A stretch of 64,000 bases of DNA from an uncultured Alphaproteobacteria bacterium (GTDB lineage Bacteria > Pseudomonadota > Alphaproteobacteria > RF32 > CAG-239): NCBI GenBank assembly GCA_944391685.1, contig CALXUM010000003.1, forward strand, positions 73,481 to 137,480, given 5' to 3'. The notes below the pieces were generated by a model, which worked only from the letters and a program-made list of their open reading frames with translations, searched no databases and was not told the origin of the DNA. Made by a program: the position numbers and the translations under genes. This document shows, piece after piece, positions 34,131 to 43,650 of this stretch (positions are counted from its first letter, which is position 1; each line of letters opens with the position of its first letter).

Positions 34131-35153
34131 CTACTTAATGGTTACACACATTGTTGCGTTAGGACGATAAGGTACAATCAACGGAGCTGATTGTAAGAGC
34201 ATCCAGCGAACGGCAGGGTCATTTTCTAGCCAAGATTTAGAAAAATAACGGGTTGATTGAAAAGCGGCTTGTTCATCTTTAATGGCTCCATAACAGCGCA
34301 CGCCTTCAACGCCGCTACGACTACCTAACAAAACCGTATTTTCAGGAAGAATTTTCTTTTCGGTATCATTTTCGATATATACATCGTTATATACCCAAAC
34401 CTCAAAATCGCCAATGTTACCAACAAATCTGGCTTTTTCATTACCCAAGATTACAGGGTCAATGTTCAAAGTGTTGTTTGTGCCTCGGCGATAGTCCAAA
34501 TATTTTTGAACAAAAGGATTGTTACGAAAGATTTTCCAAGCGGAAGGCTCTAAAATCACGGTATTAGCGACAACTCCTGATTTGGATTGAATTGTTCCAG
34601 CCCAATCTTCGAGATTGTCTAAAATGTTTACGCTTTCTTTGTCCCAAGTGTTTTCACCGGCAAGAACTTTCGTAAATGAAGCATCGCGGCCAAAATCAAC
34701 GGTTACAGAAGGGTACCCATCACCAGCTACCGTGATTTTTCCGGTGCGGAGAACTTCCGAAGCCATAACTTCTTCTCTACGAGTTAGACAATCAAGTTGA
34801 TTGCTAAGTGTTACGGCAACGGCTTTTTCCAAGCGTTGAGCCGGTGTCAATTCTCCGCCAATTCTTTCGCCTGCCATACGTTTGAAAGGCATATCCGGCG
34901 TAAATCTTCTTTTATCTTTGACATAAGCCGGTTTGAAAGATTTGGTTTGATAGCCTTCGTGTTCAACGACTTTTCCGGGCATTAACGGCGAAACAAACGG
35001 AGAAATTCTCGGTTTGCTTTCTTGCGTATCAAAATAAATTTCTTCGGTGTCGGAGCGGAGTTCTTGAGAAAAGAACATATCCAACAAAAAAGAAGGTGGA
35101 GTTTTTAAGTTCTCCACCACTTTAGTTAAGACATGAGTTGAAAAAATATCCAT
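34131..35153 (-). CDS. major capsid protein, lambda gpE family
   Basis: 340 aa. 'FLLDMFFSQE...EEIYFD...ISPFVSPLMPGKVV...FKPAYVKDK' is collinear with the lambda gpE N-terminus. Follows a gpD-like gene. Confidence 0.8.
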   Translation of the reverse strand: MDIFSTHVLTKVVENLKTPPSFLLDMFFSQELRSDTEEIYFDTQESKPRISPFVSPLMPGKVVEHEGYQTKSFKPAYVKDKRRFTPDMPFKRMAGERIGGELTPAQRLEKAVAVTLSNQLDCLTRREEVMASEVLRTGKITVAGDGYPSVTVDFGRDASFTKVLAGENTWDKESVNILDNLEDWAGTIQSKSGVVANTVILEPSAWKIFRNNPFVQKYLDYRRGTNNTLNIDPVILGNEKARFVGNIGDFEVWVYNDVYIENDTEKKILPENTVLLGSRSGVEGVRCYGAIKDEQAAFQSTRYFSKSWLENDPAVRWMLLQSAPLIVPYRPNATMCVTIK

Positions 35154-35163
35154 TTTTGTTTCC

Positions 35164-35529
35164 TTATGCTTGAGTTTTCTTAATGAAAATGCTCTTTTCG
35201 CGGAGCTTTTCGGTTACGGTGTCCTCGGTGAAACTACTATCGAATGTCAAAGCATCCGAATTAAATTCACCTGTAAAATAAACCACGGCCTGTTTATCTT
35301 CACTTTCGGCGTTGACGTTTTCCGCCAAAATTGCGACAGGGATTTGTGAGCCATCGCTTACGGAAGAAACGGAAAGTTTGTATTTTCCTGATTCCGTAAT
35401 TTTTCCTAAAACAGTACCTCGGGTATAATTTCCTGCGGTAACATTTACTAATCTGGCAACCCTCGGAAAATCACCAGCTAACAAATTATCTGGCTTGAGA
35501 GTGCCTTCGTCTTTACAATTTGCGTACAT
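35164..35529 (-). CDS. head decoration protein (gpD-like)
   Basis: 121 aa between the protease and the capsid gene. Contains 'LLAGDFP...GTVLGKIT'. Confidence 0.6.
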   Translation of the reverse strand: MYANCKDEGTLKPDNLLAGDFPRVARLVNVTAGNYTRGTVLGKITESGKYKLSVSSVSDGSQIPVAILAENVNAESEDKQAVVYFTGEFNSDALTFDSSFTEDTVTEKLREKSIFIKKTQA

Positions 35530-35530
35530 T

Positions 35531-36640
35531 TTATTCTCCGTTAGAAGAAGTTGCTAAAGAGGCGACACGTTGAGCGAAAACGTCAATATTGTCTGGCATT
35601 TCCGAATTTGCCGGTACAATTTCGGGATTAGCGATTGTAGCCATGGCTTTCTCAAAGGGGGAAATTGCCTGTTGTTTAGGCATTTCTTTCAAAAGCTCAA
35701 TAATTTGAGATGATGAAAGGTCCGTGCTAACCAACATTTTATTTGCAATTTGCTCTCGTCCTTGAGCTTCGTTGCTGTCAAAGACTTCTTTCATTCTTTG
35801 ACGTTCTTGTTGTTTGATTTCCTGTTCATTCATATTTTCAGTTTCCTTTTCTTTGTTAAGGTCTGTTAAAATTCGCTCGAATGAGCTTTGGCGATTAGCC
35901 AGACCTTGCCAAATCGCCTTTTTACCGACAAAAACATCTCCTTGCCCAAAATCTTTGATGACAGTTTCGGTTGAAACATCACGATAAAGGGCAATTTTAT
36001 TGATGAAAACTTCGGCAAGAGAATCTAATCTATTTTGAATATGAGCTAATCCTTCAGGAGTTTCAGGATTAATTCGTTTTAATGGACTTTGCGAAGAAAC
36101 AATTTCGATTTCATTTTTTCCGTCTTGACGTTCATAGACGGCAACGACACCAATAGAGCCAACCAGCGCCGTATCTGTAACAACAATTTCATCACAGGCC
36201 GCCGCGATCCAATAAGCTCCGGAACAACAATTTCCTGAGGCATAAGCAATAATAGGCTTTTTTCCTCGGGCTTGATAAATCATATCGGCTAATTCGGAGC
36301 AACCATTAACTTCACCGCCGGGGCTATCAATATCAAACAAAATGGCTTTTACTTCTTGATTTTCTAGTGCCTCATTAAAATCTCTGGCTAGAAGTTCATA
36401 AGAAGTCGCGCCACTAATCACCGTGAAAAGGTTTGCATAACGGAATAAGGGGCCGTGAATAGGAATAACTGCGACATTGTTTCTTACGGAAACGGCATAA
36501 GTATTTTGCAATTTCCTTCCCAGTTGAGCTGCGATGGCTTCCGGATTGGCATTTTGTCGCTTGGCTATATTTATTATATTTTCTAGCGTATCGCTTGTCG
36601 TAGCCCATGGTTCATTGGTTATTTTGTTCCATATTCTCAT
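35531..36640 (-). CDS. S49 family head maturation protease / scaffold (gpC-like)
   Basis: 369 aa. 'VKAILFDIDSPGGEVNG' and 'ASGNCCSGAYWIA' are SppA/ClpP-type motifs. Confidence 0.8.
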   Translation of the reverse strand: MRIWNKITNEPWATTSDTLENIINIAKRQNANPEAIAAQLGRKLQNTYAVSVRNNVAVIPIHGPLFRYANLFTVISGATSYELLARDFNEALENQEVKAILFDIDSPGGEVNGCSELADMIYQARGKKPIIAYASGNCCSGAYWIAAACDEIVVTDTALVGSIGVVAVYERQDGKNEIEIVSSQSPLKRINPETPEGLAHIQNRLDSLAEVFINKIALYRDVSTETVIKDFGQGDVFVGKKAIWQGLANRQSSFERILTDLNKEKETENMNEQEIKQQERQRMKEVFDSNEAQGREQIANKMLVSTDLSSSQIIELLKEMPKQQAISPFEKAMATIANPEIVPANSEMPDNIDVFAQRVASLATSSNGE

Positions 36641-38105
36641 TTGTATTTTCCTCTTGTGTTAAAAGTTCAAGATTTCCGTTTTCGCTTGGAGAAATGCCAA
36701 GCTCTTTCATTCGTTTGAGTTCTCTTACCCTTTGCATTAAAACTTCTTCCCAGTCTAACCCTTGAGAAGCGCATTCATCTTCTAAAGTTGATAATCCGGT
36801 TTCCATTCTGATTTGAGAAGCTTGAGCTTCTTTAACTGGGTCAACCCAACCACGCCCGGGGCCTATCCATTTACAACGACACCAAGCGGCTTTGTTTTCA
36901 TAAAAGTTAGGGGCTTCAATAAGCCCCTTGTTGACACATTCTTCCAGCCATAATTCAAAGACCGGTTTAGCCCAATAGTTGATTATCCAGCTCCTTCGAC
37001 CGTTGAAAAATCGCCAAGCTTCGATTAAAGAAGCCCTTGCAGATGAGTAATTTGTCTTAGAAAAGTCTTTCATTAACAGTTCCAGCGGAATATTTAAGCC
37101 GGTTCCGATATGTCTTAAGACATTCTCAACAAATGCGGAATAACTGGAATTAGGTCTGCTTGGCGTAAAGGCGGAAACTTTATCCCCCGGAAATACCGGA
37201 ATGATTGAGCCGCCCTCTAATTTAACGCTCCAGTCTTTTCTTTTTTCCAAGTAATCATCAACAGATTCCCCAAACATTTCGGCAATAGCTTCGCTATCCA
37301 TTGGCGTTTCAATAAAGGCGGCAATCATGGCATTAACTACGGAAGCCTTTAACTCTGAACGCTCATAATGGTCCAACATCTTAAAAAGTGGCATAATTGA
37401 AGTAAAAAGTGGCTTTCCGCGGTTTTGCCCGATACGCTCGGGGTGATGAATATGTAAAATGAGCTTTCGACCGAAAGAAGTGCGTGCAGGGATTTTTTGC
37501 CATTTATTGACACCTTTATTATAATAGTAGTCATTCGGATAATATTTACTTATCCAATAATTTTTGGCTTCTCCGTACTTGTTAATCTCAATTCCGTCCC
37601 TTAAAAACTCATTATTTTGTTGAAAATTGGGATTTGAAAGTCTATCCGGTTCAATTAATTGAATACAGGTCGCAAACGGAAAATCTTTATTTTCTCGCCA
37701 TAAAACCAAGGCGAGAGCTTCTCCGTTTTCAATCACAGACCTAAAGATTAAGGCGGTTTGTGAATTGAAGTTTAATTTTCTTGCGGCATCGCAATAATTA
37801 CTTTCCGCCCAAATTCTCCATAACCCTTCGACTTTTCGCGCCCATTCTTCCAAATAATCAAGACTTAACCCTAAAATTCTATGGTCTGGAATAGAAACGA
37901 GTTTTAAGCCGTTTCCGACAACATTATCGACAAGAGTTTGAATAGCTCCGCTGGCAATTCCATTATTACGGATTAAGTCGCGTGAACGAGCTACAAGAGT
38001 GGACAGCTCTCCCTCTAGCTCCATATCTGCAGAATGTCTAATCGGTCGCCAACTTAACAACTCTTTTGCTGAAAGTGAGGCTCCTTTATAACTTGTATCA
38101 TCCAT
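36612..38105 (-). CDS. portal protein, lambda gpB family
   Basis: 497 aa, in the order terminase, gpW, portal. 'LVARSRDLIRNNGIASGAIQTLVDNVVG' is typical of lambda-family portals. Confidence 0.85.
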   Translation of the reverse strand: MDDTSYKGASLSAKELLSWRPIRHSADMELEGELSTLVARSRDLIRNNGIASGAIQTLVDNVVGNGLKLVSIPDHRILGLSLDYLEEWARKVEGLWRIWAESNYCDAARKLNFNSQTALIFRSVIENGEALALVLWRENKDFPFATCIQLIEPDRLSNPNFQQNNEFLRDGIEINKYGEAKNYWISKYYPNDYYYNKGVNKWQKIPARTSFGRKLILHIHHPERIGQNRGKPLFTSIMPLFKMLDHYERSELKASVVNAMIAAFIETPMDSEAIAEMFGESVDDYLEKRKDWSVKLEGGSIIPVFPGDKVSAFTPSRPNSSYSAFVENVLRHIGTGLNIPLELLMKDFSKTNYSSARASLIEAWRFFNGRRSWIINYWAKPVFELWLEECVNKGLIEAPNFYENKAAWCRCKWIGPGRGWVDPVKEAQASQIRMETGLSTLEDECASQGLDWEEVLMQRVRELKRMKELGISPSENGNLELLTQEENTNENMEQNNQ

Positions 38106-38107
38106 AT

Positions 38108-38335
38108 CTAAAAACTCACTCTAATGACTTTTCTGTTTTTAACTCCCTTTGCTTGGCTTATTTTTCCTTGCAAATAGGAAATATATTCTTTTAGTTTTGC
38201 GGCATCGGCTTGAGCGTAAGATGTTGAGCCAACACCTTCAACATTAACACTGACGGTTCTTGCTCCAATCATAAGCTCATGATAAGCCAGCTCCGCTTCC
38301 TCTAATTGTTTTTCTAAAATTTCAATCTTTGTCAT
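38108..38335 (-). CDS. head-tail joining protein gpW-like
   Basis: 75 aa between the large terminase and the portal. Confidence 0.6.
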   Translation of the reverse strand: MTKIEILEKQLEEAELAYHELMIGARTVSVNVEGVGSTSYAQADAAKLKEYISYLQGKISQAKGVKNRKVIRVSF

Positions 38336-38344
38336 TGTAAATCC

Positions 38345-40228
38345 TTATAAATAGGGGTCTTGCGCTTTGACTATCTTTGGCAAAATATCAAATTTTGTTT
38401 TTTTCTTAGTCTGTAATTTAACTTTTTCTTTACTTTCTGGAATGAGAGCTTTTTCTAAATTACGCCATTTTGTTTCAGTAAATTGTTCTATACCAAAACT
38501 TATGCTTGCCGCTCTGGCATAAACACGACAATCAAGAGCTTCGTTTCGTTCTCTTGTTTTCTGCCATTCGCGTTTTTGATAGCCTCTAACCATTTTTGTA
38601 ACAAGTTGTTCGGCTGTTAATTGTTTGAAATACTCGCTGTCATATTTGGGAAAATGACAATATCCGGCAGGATAGCTCTCGTCTTCATTTTGAGTTAGCC
38701 TCAAAAATTGGTATAATTCCGATTTCAGAATTGATGTACCAACGCTCCAAACTTTAGCTCCGCGGCGAAGTCTTTTGCCGTTGATGTTCAAATCCACCCT
38801 TGTCGGCAGGCCTAATGGCGTAACGCCGCTATCTGTTCCTTTGATTGCCATAGCAAAATTTATGGGTTGTTTACGTACCCAGTTATATACTTGTTGCGTT
38901 GCAAAACCGCTATCTATAGCAAAGCGAGAGATTGGCAACATTACACCGGAAGAATGTTCAAAGTATCGTTTAGAAAATTCGCTTAGTTCGTTCCAAACTT
39001 CTTCTCTGGCGGTATCTCCGTTAATGATGAAGTAACCAACCGACCAGCTTTCCTTATTTCTGCCCCAAGCAACGACTTCACATTCTATACGGTCTTTTTG
39101 GACATCGGCTCCGGCGGTTAAGAATAAACCACCGCTGGGGACGATTTCTTGTTGATAGTCTTCTCGCTTGTCAAAGAGAATCTGCCATTCCGGAGCTTCT
39201 CCTTTTTCAAGCCACGTTTCTCCCAAAACGGTATTTACCCAAACTTTTAAGAGATTGTCCTTATTCTTAGCGTCCAAGAACTGTTTAACGGCATCCGCCC
39301 AAGAAAACCACCCGACCGGAGAATATAAAGAAGAAAGATGAAAACCGGCGACATTACTTTTAGGATTGGATTTTTCCCAAATACCATTTTCTAACATCCA
39401 AGTTTTTAGATGTTCTTCAATAATTGCGCCACAATATTCGCAAACGTAAGTCGCCGTGGCTGGGTCATCATTTTCAAAATGGATTTGTTTCCATTTAAGC
39501 GATTGCCTTTTGTTGCAATATGGACACGGAACCATATAATGACGTTGGTCTGATTGCTCGTATTCATACTCAATTCGGCTAACGCCTTGAATAGTCGGTG
39601 TCGAAACCATAAAGATTTTACGGCGGTTAAAGGTACTTGTTCTTTTGATAGCCAAATTTACAGGGTCGCCTTCACCTTCAACATCTCCTTTATAGGCATC
39701 TATTTCATCAAGAAAAATATAGCGGACCGGCATTGAACGAAGTCCGATAGCTGAGTTTGCTCCGGTTAAAACCAATACACCGCCTTGAAATTCTTTCATC
39801 AAAGTTGTGTTGCTTGCATCTTTGGAGCGACGATCACTGATAACGCCTTTTAATTCGGGGCTTGCCTCAAACATCGGATCTATACGAGTTTTGGAAGTCC
39901 TTTTGGCACCGTCAACGGTTGGCATAACCAACATAATGGGTCCTGGGGATAAATGAACAATATAACCTAAAAAGTTATTACCAACCTCGGTACCGCCAAT
40001 TTGCGCACCTTTCATAAAAACGACTTTTTCAATACCGGAATAGGGAGAAAGACAATCCATAATCTCTTTTAAATATGGCGTTCGTGATGTTCGCCATTTT
40101 CCGGGTTCCGCTGATGCTTTTTGCGAAAGAATCCTATATTTATCTGCCCACTCGGATATATTCATAAGAGGCTCCGGCTTTAATCCAGCATTAAAACCTT
40201 CATTGTAGATTGCAAAAGCATCAGCCAC
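38345..40228 (-). CDS. terminase large subunit (gpA-like)
   Basis: 627 aa. 'KGAQIGGTE' P-loop-like region, 'IFLDEIDAY', and zinc-ribbon 'CPYCNKRQ...CEYCG' typical of Terminase_GpA. Confidence 0.9.
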   Translation of the reverse strand: MADAFAIYNEGFNAGLKPEPLMNISEWADKYRILSQKASAEPGKWRTSRTPYLKEIMDCLSPYSGIEKVVFMKGAQIGGTEVGNNFLGYIVHLSPGPIMLVMPTVDGAKRTSKTRIDPMFEASPELKGVISDRRSKDASNTTLMKEFQGGVLVLTGANSAIGLRSMPVRYIFLDEIDAYKGDVEGEGDPVNLAIKRTSTFNRRKIFMVSTPTIQGVSRIEYEYEQSDQRHYMVPCPYCNKRQSLKWKQIHFENDDPATATYVCEYCGAIIEEHLKTWMLENGIWEKSNPKSNVAGFHLSSLYSPVGWFSWADAVKQFLDAKNKDNLLKVWVNTVLGETWLEKGEAPEWQILFDKREDYQQEIVPSGGLFLTAGADVQKDRIECEVVAWGRNKESWSVGYFIINGDTAREEVWNELSEFSKRYFEHSSGVMLPISRFAIDSGFATQQVYNWVRKQPINFAMAIKGTDSGVTPLGLPTRVDLNINGKRLRRGAKVWSVGTSILKSELYQFLRLTQNEDESYPAGYCHFPKYDSEYFKQLTAEQLVTKMVRGYQKREWQKTRERNEALDCRVYARAASISFGIEQFTETKWRNLEKALIPESKEKVKLQTKKKTKFDILPKIVKAQDPYL

Positions 40229-40697
40229 TTTCTAAAATTTCCTCAATAACTTGTCGTATTTCTTTAGTTAAAATTTCGTGTATTCGGTTTGTGTCGCTTT
40301 CTTTGGCGAGTATTGAGGCCACTCTATCAGGTATATTCAATAAGGCATCTCGTACCATTCGACCTTTGTTGAAAGCGGCAATTCTAACGCCATCAGCCGA
40401 CACCAACATTTTAGCGGCTTCCTTGTTTTTTGTTTCAAGATATTTGACTTTTTCAATTTCACTTTTTATTCGTGTTTTTAGTAATACAGTTGATAGATTA
40501 CTTAAGTCATCCATACCACCCAGCGCATTTTTACTACTTTTCATAGGCTGACGTATTGCCGCGATAGCCATATCGGCTTCTTCTTCGTTGATTTTGCCGT
40601 TATGTAATTTGATTGTCCCGTTGTTTACTAACTTATTTACATATTGTCGGGTATAATTATGTTTTCTGCCCCATGCCGCTTGCGTGATATATGCCAT
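40221..40697 (-). CDS. terminase small subunit (tentative)
   Basis: 158 aa. N-terminal HTH-like 'ITQAAWGRKHNYTRQYVNKLV'. Overlaps the terminase large subunit start by 8 nt. Confidence 0.6.
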   Translation of the reverse strand: MAYITQAAWGRKHNYTRQYVNKLVNNGTIKLHNGKINEEEADMAIAAIRQPMKSSKNALGGMDDLSNLSTVLLKTRIKSEIEKVKYLETKNKEAAKMLVSADGVRIAAFNKGRMVRDALLNIPDRVASILAKESDTNRIHEILTKEIRQVIEEILESG

Positions 40698-40770
40698 AAT
40701 TTACTAAACTTCTTTGTGATATGTCTATGAAAATCATTGCAACCCTATGTGAATATATTATAATGTCTAT

Positions 40771-41211
40771 ATGAAAATTAAATTTGTTACACATAATCTA
40801 AAAGTTACTGGATTTAAGTATTTTTGGTTAAAATATGTAAGGGGCTTTGACCCTACAGTTCATTGTGCAAAGTGCTTAATTGGCGATTATTCTCAAAAAG
40901 TTAATCTCTATATGCCGGTTAATACCGAAATTGAGCTAAATGAATTTTCAGACTATAAATGTTTATATCTTTGTGGCGTAATCGGTTATGTAAATAACCT
41001 TCACGTTCCCTTTGTTCCAAGCGATAATGAAAATGATATCATTACCGCTGAAACATATCTGGGAGATAAAGTCATTATAACCGGAGCAAAGCGTTTGCCA
41101 ATTCCGCCGTTAGAAAATGGTTATAATGGTTTATCTCGTGCTTTCACATCTTGCCGTAATTATCAATTTGGAGTTAGTTACCTTTTGCCAATGCAAAATG
41201 ATAAGCATTGA
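40771..41211 (+). CDS. hypothetical protein, opposite-strand insert
   Basis: 146-aa plus-strand ORF between the small terminase and the ParB-methyltransferase gene. Its 3' end overlaps the latter by 38 nt. Confidence 0.4.
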   Translation: MKIKFVTHNLKVTGFKYFWLKYVRGFDPTVHCAKCLIGDYSQKVNLYMPVNTEIELNEFSDYKCLYLCGVIGYVNNLHVPFVPSDNENDIITAETYLGDKVIITGAKRLPIPPLENGYNGLSRAFTSCRNYQFGVSYLLPMQNDKH

Positions 41212-42574
41212 TGACATCTTTACTTCGACCAATAGGCTTTCCGTCCGGATGTAACATCTCAAATTCGCGAGTGATTGATTCTTCAATGGCCTGTTGGGAC
41301 AAAACAATATTTTTTATTCCAGACATACACCAAACCCCCGGATTATGACGCTCAAGTTTTGCCTCGGTTGCATTGATATACCTACGCCCCAAAGCAATAG
41401 CTTCTTTTTGCCGGTGAAACTTTTGATAAAACCAATGTCCTTTTCGGAATAACGCAGAAAATCCGTCATCATCCAAGAACTCTATATATCTGTGAGATTT
41501 AGCTTCTCCAGCATAAGTGGTTCTGTCTTGCAAATCTATCTTTTCTCTGGCTCTACCCGAAAAATAGATTTTTCCGCCCATACGACACATTGCATTAACA
41601 ACTGTCAAAACATCGTTTTCGGCAGTCATACTGTCAACGGAATTGAGAACATAGTCGCAAATAACAATGTCAAATAAACCTTTAGTTTCTAGTTGTTCAC
41701 AAAGATTATCTATCATTTTATGGACCATTGTCGAATCAATAAAATTCCCTTTGCGATAAAACAACTCAACGCCGTGTATGTCATAGCCGATTTTTCGGAG
41801 CTTTTTTACATAATCGGCTTGCCCACAACCAAAGTCTAAAATCCGCTCTCCTTTTTTGTAGTTTGGAATTAAACTTTTTTCATAAGTGGGAGAGGCATTA
41901 AATGGTTTTTCGACTTCCTCATCATTTCTCAAGCGGAATTTTTGAGCGAAAGTCTGAATAAATGTCGTTTTTTCCAGATGTTCATAAGAGAATTTTCCAT
42001 ACTTTTTATTTAGAAATTCTGCGGCAATTTTAGCTTTATCGTTTGGAATGCGATAAACTCGTGCCGGAATTCCCATTGCGCGACAAGCCAAAACATATTG
42101 TCCGGCGTGGATAACCTTGCCGGCTTGCGTTGCCACACAGGCTCCCCAATTACCATACTTGATTATGAGCTTGCATATTTCATTACGGACATTTGCCATT
42201 TTTGCACGCATATTACCACGGAGCTTAATCGTTGGTACCATTTCAAAACCAAGATTTTCACTCCTTCCAACCCAAGCTCTTTCATCTCCGCTATCAAAAT
42301 CGGTGCCGTTGTGTAGTTGGTTAAAGCGAATTTCATCAGTTTGATTGATGTTTTTGGGCAAAAGATAAACCGGAGCTTTATCATGACCTGCGGCCAGCAG
42401 AGCTTTTGTCCTTTGGTGTCCGGCAACAATCAAATTTCCCGAAACAATAATAGGTTTGACAATTCCCAAAGTCTTTATTGATTCCCTTAATGTTTTGAGA
42501 GATTCTTCATCTATTTGCCGAGGGTTATAATCTGCTCCGACTAAATCTTTGATGGGATAATCTAATTCTAACAT
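41174..42574 (-). CDS. ParB/Srx-like N-terminal domain fused to class I SAM methyltransferase
   Basis: 466 aa. 'DYNPRQIDEESLKTLRESIKTLGIVKPIIVSGNLIVAGHQR' is a ParB-like nuclease-domain pattern. C-terminal 'RILDFGCGQADYVKKL' is motif I. Confidence 0.7.
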   Translation of the reverse strand: MLELDYPIKDLVGADYNPRQIDEESLKTLRESIKTLGIVKPIIVSGNLIVAGHQRTKALLAAGHDKAPVYLLPKNINQTDEIRFNQLHNGTDFDSGDERAWVGRSENLGFEMVPTIKLRGNMRAKMANVRNEICKLIIKYGNWGACVATQAGKVIHAGQYVLACRAMGIPARVYRIPNDKAKIAAEFLNKKYGKFSYEHLEKTTFIQTFAQKFRLRNDEEVEKPFNASPTYEKSLIPNYKKGERILDFGCGQADYVKKLRKIGYDIHGVELFYRKGNFIDSTMVHKMIDNLCEQLETKGLFDIVICDYVLNSVDSMTAENDVLTVVNAMCRMGGKIYFSGRAREKIDLQDRTTYAGEAKSHRYIEFLDDDGFSALFRKGHWFYQKFHRQKEAIALGRRYINATEAKLERHNPGVWCMSGIKNIVLSQQAIEESITREFEMLHPDGKPIGRSKDVINAYHFALAKGN

Positions 42575-43194
42575 TTGGGTAATAAAACCTTTGCTACAAA
42601 GCCATAACGAACGCCGTTTTCTTTTACAAAATTCTCGTAAGCATTAACCAAGCTCTGATATTCTTCTTCCGAAATATGGATTTTATAACTGCCAAACGAC
42701 AAAAATTTATTTGTTTGCGTCTTTTCTTCTTTTTCGCCTTCCAAGGGGTCCAAAAGTTCGTTGTCGTTATCTAACTTAAGGATATCATTGAGGAAATCGT
42801 CATCAAAACCGGTAATTTCCAAATCAAGGCCATCATCAAGAATTAATTGCAACTGTTCTGATAATTTGTTCAAATCCCAACCGGCATTAAGTGCTATTTG
42901 GTTTTCTGAAATACATAGGCGTGCTTTTTGAGCGGGGCTTAAGCCGCGAATAATCATTACCGGTACTTCTTCAACACCCAACATTTCACCTGCGGCTTTT
43001 CTTCCGTGTCCGGCAAGAATCATATCATTTTCATCAATAAGCATTGGAGCTGTCCAGCCGTTTTCCATCATGGAATTGGCAATTTGCATAATTTGCTCTT
43101 TGTTATGAGTGCGTGCGTTTCCCTCATATTCCTTTAAATCCGCCAGTTTGCGGCGACTATACTCAAGATTTGTATTTACTTCTATTTTTTCCAT
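42568..43194 (-). CDS. ParB-like nuclease domain protein
   Basis: 208 aa. 'LKEYEGNARTHNKEQIMQIANSMMENGWTAPMLIDENDMILAGHGR'. Overlaps the next gene by 7 nt. Confidence 0.7.
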   Translation of the reverse strand: MEKIEVNTNLEYSRRKLADLKEYEGNARTHNKEQIMQIANSMMENGWTAPMLIDENDMILAGHGRKAAGEMLGVEEVPVMIIRGLSPAQKARLCISENQIALNAGWDLNKLSEQLQLILDDGLDLEITGFDDDFLNDILKLDNDNELLDPLEGEKEEKTQTNKFLSFGSYKIHISEEEYQSLVNAYENFVKENGVRYGFVAKVLLPKC

Positions 43195-43211
43195 AAGTTT
43201 ACATCCTTATA

Positions 43212-43244
43212 TAAAAAATGGCGGTTTTCTTAGAAAAACCGCCC
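43212..43244 (-). terminator. rho-independent terminator 18 nt upstream of the late-operon start
   Basis: GGCGGTTTT-tctaaga-AAAACCGCC followed by ATTTTTT on the minus strand. Confidence 0.55.
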
Positions 43245-43371
43245 AATTCGTCAACTAACTTATTGTTTTAATTTTAAAATCATAACAGATTGATTCAAAA
43301 TAATTTTTTATTTTTTCTTATTCTATGAAAAAATAACGCAAAACCTGATAAATCAAGGAAAAATCAAAAAA

Positions 43372-43388
43372 ATGTCAACTATGTCAAC
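43372..43388. promoter_or_regulatory. tandem direct repeat ATGTCAAC x2 in the late leader
   Basis: 'aaaaaATGTCAACtATGTCAACcaaaa' is seen directly. Its function is unknown. Confidence 0.3.
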
Positions 43389-43491
43389 CAAAATTTTTGA
43401 GCTATCGGCTTAAAATACGCCGCGCTTGAGCCACCCCTATAGGGTTTATCTTACAGAAGGACCCAGAGCAATTTTCGGTGTCTATCAGGCA

Positions 43492-43533
43492 TAAAAAAAT
43501 GAGAGAAGTTGCCTATCGACACCTTTTCTCATC
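43492..43533 (-). terminator. second candidate terminator in the late leader
   Basis: 10-bp stem with one mismatch (ATGAGAAAAG / CTTCTCTCAT) and a 14-nt loop, followed by TTTTTTT on the minus strand. Confidence 0.4.
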
Positions 43534-43650
43534 TTATCTAAATCATAACGGAAAATTTTTGAAAATGTCCATACAAAAAATCAGCGTATCAGAAAGAATA
43601 AGTTTTTTATAGTTCAATACAGCTCCATACAAGGGATAATTTGAAAAAAA

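Noticed and set aside
41174-43194. Chromosome- or plasmid-partition ParB (parABS system)
   Set aside because: There is no parA partner. The proteins lack the central HTH and dimerisation layout of partition ParB, and the genes head a phage late operon.
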